Source: Eledone cirrhosa (lineage: Eukaryota). From it: a DNA stretch of 64,000 nt. Under the pieces are notes generated by a model. It did no database searches and had not been told where the DNA came from. It was given only the letters and a program-made list of their open reading frames with translations. The stretch spans positions 227,230,001 to 227,294,000 of the forward strand of contig OZ024740.1 in the NCBI GenBank assembly GCA_964016885.1, written 5' to 3'. This document shows, piece by piece, positions 54,598 to 64,000 of the stretch (positions are counted from its first letter, which is position 1; each line of letters begins with the position of its first letter). Position numbers and translations under genes: made by a program.

Positions 54598-57273
54598 TTA
54601 GTGCAAAATGAGAAAAACACGACACTATTTGTGAGTGTTATTTGTGTTTGCATTGTATTAAAACACATCTTCAGGAATAACACCTACTAATGAAAATTAC
54701 AAATACCACCCACCCATCAGTATTAATCTATACAACCTTCTCAACTATGGATATGTCACCTACTAACAGTAATATTCAAAGCTATTTACTTGCTTTCTAA
54801 TCACTGTTACAATGTGCATCTATTCCCCCACCCTATCTCCCACACCTAATTTTACCCCCAACTGAATGATATTTGCAGAAGAAAAAAATAAAAGATTCCT
54901 ATTGAAATTCCAAGGAACAAATAACAATGGCAACAGAATGAACTATTCTTGTTGTGTGTTTTGTTTACAAGGCAAGCTTTTATAAATATGCTACAAAGGT
55001 TCATTGAAAAGAATCTGCCAAGCTAGGATACAAAATATAGTCAAAATGGCAGCTGATTTCCTATGTCTGTCTCAGTGGTAAAAATAATCATTTCAAAGTC
55101 AAGCAGTATTACAATTCTTAATAAAGAACTCAAAAGTACCCTGATCTCTTATCAATGGTTCCATGGGGCTTGCTATCACAGTCTTACAATTACTTCTTGT
55201 CTTATTACATTGATTCTGTCACCCAGCTTCAACACCTATAACAAATTAATTCCCAAGTTAAATATAAATAAACATATACTCTACCAAGATCTGTTAAATT
55301 ATTTAACAAAGAGTCAACATGGAATCAATTCTTCCATCTAAAAAACAAATTCTTGCATGATAAAATCTATTAAACACCTATTTACACTGCATTTTCTTTC
55401 TCTTTCAGTTCTGTAATTTGCAATAGAACTTTTACTGAAAAAGAATTCTTCATTATTTGTTCAGCAAATCTAATTATTTCATGCCTAATACAAATTAACT
55501 TATTTCAATCACTATTATCTTTCCTTTGCTTCTGAAATCGCGACATCATGGCATTTATTTCACCAAATTCTTCAACTCATTGCTCTATTTCTTTTATTCT
55601 CATAGAAAATCCATTCTTTTGTTTTACTTTTCCGCTTCTGTGCTTCACACCAAACATCATATTACTGTTTGACTATCTTATTTACACACTACTCATTTGT
55701 TTTTCCATACAAATATAAGGGTTATCAGTTACCTTCCATTGAACTTTATAATCATGTCAGATTCCTATCCTTTACAAATCTTTAATAAGTAAGTTTCTCT
55801 TTGAGATTATTCTTTTATTATCTCCTTGGGCAAGCAACTTCTCTATACTTGTTATAATGCATGTAAACATATGTGTATGAAAAGTACTTTGTAAAGGGAA
55901 TCACAATTACCCAAGCTGAATAGATGCTGTATGAAAAATACACAGTGTGTGGTTCATCACTAAAATGTTATTGTCTTTAATATAAGTTGTTTAATTTTCA
56001 ATAGCCCAACTCATCTATATGTAAATAGATATCATAACGTGTTGTATAACTTATAGGTTTTATTAGTTTACAGTACAAACTTCGAATCCTCTCATGAACA
56101 ATATACTGGTAGTGATATTGTGAGAGATGGGGAGGGGACAGAGTTATTTAGTGCCATGAGAATAGAGTTTGCTTCAGTATACTTTGTCTACTATACAGAT
56201 CATTCCCAGCACTAAAGCAATATTTGTAGCAATCAAATTGACATATATATATAGACATAGGTAAGCAGGGACTAACATATTTAACCCTTTCATTACCATA
56301 TTTCTAATGACAGACACTGTTTATGTGTTTTAGTTAATGCTTAGAATAATCAAAACTTTGGAGGGATTTTTCCCAGTATGAAGTTGGTTTATAGAACATA
56401 ATTTAACAAAGAGAGAAGCAGAGAGAGAGAGATGGAGTGTGTGTGGGTGTGCTCACCGAACATCGTTTTTATAAACAACTCTTGTAAATGTATGTATACA
56501 TTCAGCATAACACCTTACTACTCCCGTATCTAAATATATCTGGAGCTTAAAAGTTGATAATAATATTGACAATTGTAACATTGTTTGGTACATTATAAAA
56601 TACGCATCTTCTTACATTCATGGTTCCAGAAAATGTGGCCTCTTTTTCTCAGAGAAATATAACATTCCATAACAGCTTGTTGCAGTTTTTGAAAAGCAGT
56701 TGAGAATTGTCAAATTATTAACAACGATTACATAACTATTTATTGGAAATTTTCAACTACAAAAGTGTTGGCAAATTATGTTTTTCACTTAATGGATTTT
56801 CTGTACCCTAAATATGGTCCCATACTTCAAACACTTTCTTTTGTTCATTAACACTAACACCTCATCAACAAGATCTGCCTTCCCTGCTTTCATGGTTTCT
56901 TTGCACATATTACTGACTGGAATGAAGACGTGTGTTTTCACACATGAACAAATGAAAATCTGCTGCAACTGTTCATGAATATGTGATGCATATGTTAATA
57001 GTTTTGTTCAGCAACCAACGAGATATTAATGTAATGTTGATTAATCATATTTTGATATGGTTGTGAATAGTTTCACTTGGGTTATGTTGCTTCCTTTCAA
57101 TAATTCAAAACTTTGGAATCATGAAACATAGATCTGCGATTAAAGAAGCTTCAGTTCCTTGTAAAACATACACGCTTTACATTGTGTTAAGTAATTTTTC
57201 CCCATTAATAAAAACAAACATTCATTAACACACACACACATATATATATAGAGAGAGAGAGATATATTCACAC

Positions 57274-57317
<44 letters not shown>

Positions 57318-57396
57318 GTATATATATATATACACACACATTTTCACATATATATATATACATACACACACATACATACATACATACATACATACA

Positions 57397-57428
<32 letters not shown>

Positions 57429-58244
57429 ATTATATATCCTGAACAATAGAGAATTCATTCGGATCAATATATCCATATTGATTTATGAAGATCAATATAT
57501 CATCACTCAGATATCATTATATTTATATCAATAGAGCTCACTATATCAGTTAATCTCTATCAACATATTAGAGCTATTTGGATCTCTCTAGTCAATATCT
57601 CCTAATCAATACACAAAATACTTAAATAATGATATATATATATGTGTGTGTGTGTATTGTGTGTATTTGTATGTGAGTATGTGTATTGTGTGTCTTTTAA
57701 TGTATGTATATATGTATATCTATAAATCTCTCATGGATATACATATGTGGTTATATATTGGCAAGGAATGATGTAAATTTGTAGAACCCTTTATATGTGT
57801 GTGTATGGATGTGTTTGTGTGTATATATCTGTGTGTGGGGGTGTATGTGTGTGCACATGTGTTTATGTGACTATGTTGGGATGCATATGCACATTATACA
57901 TATTTAAGCTGAACTGACATTTCAATATGAATGTACCAATACTGTCATGTGTATGTATGTATATATATTGGAAATCAATATATCTATATCAAACTAAATC
58001 AATAACACTAAATCTATGTATCAATATCATTATGCTAAAATCAATATGCTTGTATCCAGAAATCAGCATCTCTGCTGACCTTCAGGCAATAAAACAAACT
58101 ACTTACAACACCCACCCATTTCTAACCTTTCTATAAAAAGAAAAGCTTTCACACTGTGCCAGAGGACAAATGGTGATATTTTCTATAAAATACACGAAAA
58201 AGGTTATACCATGAGCACATGACTTGATTCTATTAAAAGGAAAT

Positions 58245-58283
<39 letters not shown>

Positions 58284-58364
58284 CGATTTCATCTCTTTTT
58301 CTTTATACTTCCACTCGTGTAGGACACCTCGGTTATTTTTCATTTTGTAAAAAAAAAACCTCAC

Positions 58365-58431
<67 letters not shown>

Positions 58432-58472
58432 ATATATATAAATATATATATTATATATATAAATATATATAT

Positions 58473-58507
<35 letters not shown>

Positions 58508-59554
58508 ATATATATATTAAAATATTGATTAATACATACATTTATTAAATATATTGTCTGACAAAAGTGTAGGTTAACAAAAGTGCCAAAGATAGTCACT
58601 GTTAGAACCTAAAATCAGTTCTACTAATATTAAATTTAAGAATTTTCATTGTGAGCAGTAACACAATAATTGCAGGGTAAGAAATTGTCTAGACAAGAGT
58701 ATCCACATATGTGTGTTTGTACAATAATATAGGCACAATAACAGACGATCTGAGAGTAAAGTTGTTAGAAGATCGATTCTTACCATCCATATACATAAAT
58801 ACAAGATGGCTGCAACTCGATTTCGAGTAATGCTATCACTTGATACTTAAGCATGAGCATCCCTGATGTGGCTTTTTAGTCCTGATAGGGACTTTCCCAT
58901 GGCCAGCAATGCATGCATCACAATAAATGTCACATATCAAGCGTTGCCTGCGCTTAAAGTTTTTTTGAGTGAGGAAAGGCTTTGCATGGAACCAATCCTA
59001 CTCTCTGAACATCGAATGCATTTGCCCAAAAATAACTGGTCTACATCATTGGATGCAAACAAAGTCACAGGTTTTATATCAGAGTGACTTTCTAGAGAGA
59101 TATCTTAATGGGGGCTAGGAGTCTCTTGCTCCACAAAATATTTACATACATACATATATATCATCATCATCATCATCATCATCAGCGTTTAACGTCCGTG
59201 TTCCACGCTTGCATGGGTTTGGACGGGGGTAGTCCCACTTGAGGCAAGAGTGATTGTCTTGCTCGCATAGGACTGTCTGGCAGGTTTTCTACAGTTGGAT
59301 GCCCTTCCTAACACCAACCACATTTACAGTGTGGGTCTGGGAGGTTTTTACCGTGTTGCCTACACGGCCACATTACAGCGTGGACTGTGTGTTTTTTTGT
59401 CGTGACACCTACACGATCTCATTTGTTTCGGCCTCGATGGCGCGGCACCAACATAACTTTACATAGAACGGGGTGGTGTGGATCGGGTGGGGGTGGTGGG
59501 ACGGGGTGTATTTGTTAGAGATGCCTACTGGCTGGAGTAGGTTTTACTATATAT

Positions 59555-62500
59555 TTAGGTAAGGCGGGTCTTCTCTGTTACTGAGTACCGCCAAAGGTCT
59601 CGGTCCAGTGACATTGTCTTGGAGAGGTGTAAGTGTGTGATGTCGGAGTTTATCAGCTCGTCCCAGGTTTTTCTAGGTCTGCCTATTCCGTGACTACCGT
59701 CTATCTTTATTGCCCTGCACTTTGTTATACAGCTATCGACTTTCATGCGCATCACGTGTCCATACCAACGTAGCCTTCTCTCGAGTAAACAACATCTGAT
59801 CCCTCTTATCTCTAATTTATTCCTTAGTTCGTTTATGCTTTGCCGTTCACGTATATTACTGTTACACATCCAGCGGAGCATGCAAGCTTCGTTCCTCTCT
59901 AGTCTGCGTATATCCTCTGCACACAATGCCCAGGTCTCACTGCCATGCAGCATTGCTGTTCGTATGCAGGCATCGTACAACCTGCCTTTCATTTTTAGTG
60001 AGAACCCTTTAGCAGCTAATAGTGGTATAAGCTCTCTGAACTTTTTCCAACCAGTTCTGACTCTAGCTACAGTACTTTCAGAGCACCCTCCCCCACTGCT
60101 GATTTTATCGCCCAGGTAACGGAAGCTGTCCACTATTTCTATAGAACCCTCTGCGCAATTGAAAGAGCTAGTAGTTTGTGGGCACTTGCTGCTACTTATT
60201 GCACCAGAGCACCGGCCACATGTAAAATCTATGTTCTTAGTTAGCCTACCTGTGATCCCACTACATCTTTTATGCACCCATACTTTGCATTTAGGACATA
60301 AAATGGAGTTTCTACCTACGCCTTTCCTACACGCCGAGCACGACCATTTCCCAGAAGGGACCGCCGCCTTGTTTTCTTTCCTACAAACTAGTACTTTGGT
60401 CTTAGCCAGGTTAATTTTAAGTCCTTTTGACTCTAGGCCGTGCTTCCATGTTTGGAATTTCTTCTCTAGCTCGGCCATTGATTCCGCTATGAGTGTCAGG
60501 TCGTCTGCGTATAGGAGTTCCCATGGGCAGCCTGTCTTGAACTCCTCTGTTATGGCCTGAAGGGCAATAATAAATAGTAGTGGACTGAGAACAGAGCCCT
60601 GATGGACGCCGACTTTTACGCTAAACTCTTCACTATATTCGTTGTTAATTCTAACCTTGCTGACTGTTTCTTTATACATGGCTTGTATAGCCCTCACAAG
60701 CCATTCGTCAACGCCTAGTTTTCTAAGAGCCCACCAGATAATGGAGCGGGGGACTCTGTCGAAGGCTTTCTCCAAGTCGACAAAAGCTAAGTAGAGGGGT
60801 TTACCTTTAGCTAGGTACTTCTCTTGTAGTTGTCGTACTATGAAAAGAGCGTCTGTGGTACTTTTGCCTGACACAAACCCGAACTGCATTTCATCTAGGT
60901 CAATTCTCTCTCTGATTAGCTGCGCTATTACTCTTTCCGTGACCTTCATGACCTGGTCGATTAATTTAATGCCTCTATAGTTACTCCTATCTAGGGCGTC
61001 TCCTTTACCCTTATAACAGTTAACGATGATGCTGCTATGCCAGTCCTTCGGAACAACCCCGTTTTGTACGACTTGGTTAACTATGCGGGTGACCATGGTG
61101 TGTCCCACCGTGCCAGATGCCTTCAGCATCTCAGCAACTATTTCCGAAGGCCCAGCCGCCTTACCAGTCTTCATATCCTTGATTGCCTTACTTATTATAC
61201 TCCCCTCGACTAACACTGCTGGTCCCTCTATTGGGTCGATATGGGGGAGACTGCCTTTCTCCCAATTATTCTCCTCATTTAGAAGCCTTTCATAGTGACA
61301 CTTCCAAGCTACCTTCTTATCAGCGTCGGTGATGGCAAGTGTGCCATCGTCGTTTAGTACACACTTCTCCCCGACAATATCACGGTTTTCCTTGACGCAT
61401 TGCCTAGCAATCCTGAACACCTCACGTTTTTGGTCATCGCGTTGTAGAACATGCTTGAACTTTCTTTCCTCAGCTTCCCTTCTTGCTAAGTACACTTGTC
61501 TCCTAGCTTCCCTCCTGGCCACTTGATAGTCCTCTCTACTTCCCCCATCCCGCCATACTTTCCAAGCCTGCTTTTTGGCCTTAATTGACCCCTCCACCTT
61601 ACTGTTCCACCACCATGTTACTCTCCTCCTGCCTACAGGCCTGCTCCAGCCACAGACCTCGTCTGTCGCCAACAGCAGGTTTGCTTTCAGAAATTCCCAC
61701 TCTCCCTCTATATTGTCCGACTCTAAATGTTCTTCCTTACTGTCGAAAGCATCAAGTAATATGCTTTGAAATTTATTCCTGGCTGTGGGGTCCTTTAACT
61801 TCCATATTTTCCTCCTGAGGATAGTCCTCTTCTGTTGTCGAGTACGTCTCGTCCTGACTATGAGGTCGCTAATTATCAGTCTATGTTGGGAGGTGCATTC
61901 TTCATGGGGGAGGGATTTAGTGTTAACAACAGACACTCTGTCACGTCTTCTGGTAAGGATATAATCTACCTGGCTTGTGTGTTCCCCGGATCTATAGGTG
62001 ATCAGGTGATTGTCACGTTTTTTGAAGTTAGTGTTACAGATAGTTAGGTTATTTGCATCACAGAATTCCAGGATTCTGGAGCCTTCCTCATTTCTAGTAC
62101 CAAACCCATAGCCTCCATGGATTTCGTCGTAGCCGTCACAATGTTGTCCAACGTGACCATTTAGGTCGCCTGCGATAATTATATAGTCACTGTCGGATAT
62201 TTGGGAGGTAGTTAGCATCAGTGTCTCATAGAATCTGTCTTTTATAGTGCCGGGCAGTCCGGATTGGGGTGCGTACGCAGATATTACTGTCACCGTAGTT
62301 CTATTGAGGACAAGTCGTATTTTAATTATTCTGTCGTTCACTCTATTTACGTCTATTATCTTATCTGCCCACTTTTCTGCTACCATGATTCCTACTCCAC
62401 CCAGCCCATCGTCGTTTCCCACCCAGAAAAGCTTATAACAACGTTTTTTACCCTCAATGAACCTAGCAGACCCACCCCTCCACCTGGTCTCTTGAATACA

Positions 62501-62917
62501 ACAAACATCGACCTCCTTACGTTCAAGCATTTCTACAACCTCGTTAGCGCGACCCTTTAGGGTGCCTACATTTATGGTACCAACTCTGAAGTTTTGGATT
62601 GCGTTTGGGGGTTGGGGGCGGTGAGGGGCGGGGGGCGATGGTGTTATGTTAGCCGTCCGCGGTCGAAACAATGAGGAGTGCTCGCATTCTCGTCCAAGGG
62701 GTGAATTTGTCTTTATCTTTGGCATTGTCGCTGAGCGTCCAGATTTTTCTCTCTCACCTCCACTCTCCAGGATTCCGCAGTCCATCCATCCATCATATAT
62801 CGTATATCGAAAGGCAACCAGGCAAGCGATAGTATAGGCCTCTGGTTTCTGATTGGTCCGCGTAATAATACTGGTGATACGTGGGGGCTGTTTTATGATT
62901 GGTCCACGTAATAGCAA
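59555..62917 (-). CDS. RTE-clade LINE polyprotein: APE endonuclease + reverse transcriptase with an internal PHD finger (first in-frame ATGs at 62785 and 62725)
   Basis: Uninterrupted 1120-codon ORF. APE motifs: GTINVGTL, CIQETRW, SAYAPQ, GDLNGHVG, VDYIL, SQH. RT motifs: KAAGPSEI, NYRGIKL, QFGF, FVDLEKAFD, GVHQGSVLSPLLF, LYADD, GLKIN..KTK, FRYLG. RTE-type C-terminus: HGSETW, RRLRWYGHVMR, GRPRKTW. Confidence 0.97.
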   Translation of the reverse strand: MLLRGPIIKQPPRITSIITRTNQKPEAYTIACLVAFRYTIYDGWMDCGILESGGEREKSGRSATMPKIKTNSPLGRECEHSSLFRPRTANITPSPPAPHRPQPPNAIQNFRVGTINVGTLKGRANEVVEMLERKEVDVCCIQETRWRGGSARFIEGKKRCYKLFWVGNDDGLGGVGIMVAEKWADKIIDVNRVNDRIIKIRLVLNRTTVTVISAYAPQSGLPGTIKDRFYETLMLTTSQISDSDYIIIAGDLNGHVGQHCDGYDEIHGGYGFGTRNEEGSRILEFCDANNLTICNTNFKKRDNHLITYRSGEHTSQVDYILTRRRDRVSVVNTKSLPHEECTSQHRLIISDLIVRTRRTRQQKRTILRRKIWKLKDPTARNKFQSILLDAFDSKEEHLESDNIEGEWEFLKANLLLATDEVCGWSRPVGRRRVTWWWNSKVEGSIKAKKQAWKVWRDGGSREDYQVARREARRQVYLARREAEERKFKHVLQRDDQKREVFRIARQCVKENRDIVGEKCVLNDDGTLAITDADKKVAWKCHYERLLNEENNWEKGSLPHIDPIEGPAVLVEGSIISKAIKDMKTGKAAGPSEIVAEMLKASGTVGHTMVTRIVNQVVQNGVVPKDWHSSIIVNCYKGKGDALDRSNYRGIKLIDQVMKVTERVIAQLIRERIDLDEMQFGFVSGKSTTDALFIVRQLQEKYLAKGKPLYLAFVDLEKAFDRVPRSIIWWALRKLGVDEWLVRAIQAMYKETVSKVRINNEYSEEFSVKVGVHQGSVLSPLLFIIALQAITEEFKTGCPWELLYADDLTLIAESMAELEKKFQTWKHGLESKGLKINLAKTKVLVCRKENKAAVPSGKWSCSACRKGVGRNSILCPKCKVWVHKRCSGITGRLTKNIDFTCGRCSGAISSSKCPQTTSSFNCAEGSIEIVDSFRYLGDKISSGGGCSESTVARVRTGWKKFRELIPLLAAKGFSLKMKGRLYDACIRTAMLHGSETWALCAEDIRRLERNEACMLRWMCNSNIRERQSINELRNKLEIRGIRCCLLERRLRWYGHVMRMKVDSCITKCRAIKIDGSHGIGRPRKTWDELINSDITHLHLSKTMSLDRDLWRYSVTEKTRLT
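62843..62913 (-). promoter_or_regulatory. Two direct-repeat CCAAT (NF-Y-like) boxes in the LINE 5' region
   Basis: Minus strand reads TATTACGTGGACCAATCATAAAACAG and TATTACGCGGACCAATCAGAAACCAG, with the CCAAT cores 46 bp apart, upstream of the first ATG. Confidence 0.45.
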
Positions 62918-62944
62918 TGGTGGTGTGTGGGGAGGGGTGTTGGG

Positions 62945-64000
62945 TAGCTAGCAAGAAGGTAATGATTGAGATTTGTCTATGCATTTAACAAGCGATTAAC
63001 AAAAATACAAAATTTGTTCAGTTAAATACGTCCAAAAACCTAAACGTATTTAGCACTTAATAGGAACAGAAAATGTAGTTTGTTTTAGCGATAGAATGGC
63101 TATTTGGACTTGAAATACGAAATGAGAGAGAGAGAGGAGAGAGAGATGAAGTCTGTACCTTATGTTTACATGATTTTCTTTCGGACAGCAGGCAAAGAAA
63201 TGAAATTTGGCGAAGTGAATTCCTATCATATATTTATAGGGAGAGAGAGAGAGAGAGAGAGAGTGCGAGGGTAGGGGGCCACATGATGGCTGTGGGTGTT
63301 AGGCGTTTGACCGCCCCGTGCCTTCGAAGAAGGAAGAAGGAAAGGGTTTTGCTTTTTTGGGGGTTTGAAAATACGTTAGGAATTAAGGTTTGAAAATAGC
63401 TAGCAAGAAGGTAATGATTGAGATTTGTCTATGCATTTAACAAGCGATTAACAAAAATACAAAATTTGTTCAGTTAAATACGTCCAAAAACCTAAACGTA
63501 TTTAGCACTTAATAGGAACAGAAAATGTAGTTTGTTTTAGCGATAGAATGGCTATTTGGACTTGAAATACGAAATGAGAGAGAGAGAGGAGAGAGAGATG
63601 AAGTCTGTACCTTATGTTTACATGATTTTCTTTCGGACAGCAGGCAAAGAAATGAAATTTGGCGAAGTGAATTCCTATCATATATTTATAGGGAGAGAGA
63701 GAGAGAGAGAGAGAGTGCGAGGGTAGGGGGCCACATGATGGCTGTGGGTGTTAGGCGTTTGACCGCCCCGTGCCTTCGAAGAAGGAAGAAGGAAAGGGTT
63801 TTGCTTTTTTGGGGGTTTGAAAATACGTTAGGAATTAAGGTTTGAAAATAGCTAGCAAGAAGGTAATGATTGAGATTTGTCTATGCATTTAACAAGCGAT
63901 TAACAAAAATACAAAATTTGTTCAGTTAAATACGTCCAAAAACCTAAACGTATTTAGCACTTAATAGGAACAGAAAATGTAGTTTGTTTTAGCGATAGAA
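62945..64000. repeat. Tandem array of 452-bp units (62945-63396, 63397-63848, 63849-end partial)
   Basis: TAGCTAGCAAGAAGGTAATG recurs at 62945, 63397 and 63849. Units appear identical, including the (GA)11 and T6G5 run lengths. Confidence 0.96.

Larger units (their letters stand above)
59161..62944 (-). mobile_element. Young, apparently full-length RTE LINE (3' UTR 59161-59554 ending in (GAT)n; 5' side continues into the 452-bp array)
   Basis: Intact ORF, higher GC/CpG than the flanks, a 3' UTR with two imperfect subrepeats and a terminal stem-loop, and a (CAT)n run on the + strand at 59161-59183. TSD cannot be tested because the 5' end may lie outside the window. Confidence 0.93.

Noticed and set aside
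49470-56325. Related TTAACCCTTTCAT termini as one 6.8-kb transposon
   Set aside because: They face outward, so they cannot bound a single element.
58779-59010. Possible minus-strand exon ending at a GTAAG donor
   Set aside because: Candidate frames contain stops or lack a good acceptor, and no homology is recognisable.
59745-62837. Plus-strand ORFs overlapping the LINE
   Set aside because: Antisense shadows of the RT ORF.

Overview
This is AT-rich, microsatellite-saturated animal genomic DNA, intronic or intergenic. The repeat families resemble those of octopus, but that assignment is an inference. No host protein-coding exon can be supported, and almost all listed ORFs are artefacts of simple repeats. 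The one real CDS is an intact RTE-clade non-LTR retrotransposon on the minus strand (59555-62917). It encodes an APE endonuclease and reverse transcriptase, with a C4HC3 PHD finger inserted inside the RT C-terminal part. It has a (GAT)n 3' tail, twin CCAAT boxes, and an array of identical 452-bp monomers at its 5' side that runs off the window. The rest of the window holds young tRNA/CORE SINEs sharing the RTE 3' tail, other tails on the same SINE head, a second SINE family in tandem arrays, and truncated or decayed RTE copies, including an apparent 3' transduction. There are also hAT-like and piggyBac-like MITEs and large triplet-phased minisatellites. Several unrelated fold-back elements sit in (TA)n tracts and carry minimal hammerhead-ribozyme motifs, the signature of Penelope-like pseudo-LTRs or retrozymes. 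All coordinates were read by eye and may be off by a few bases.
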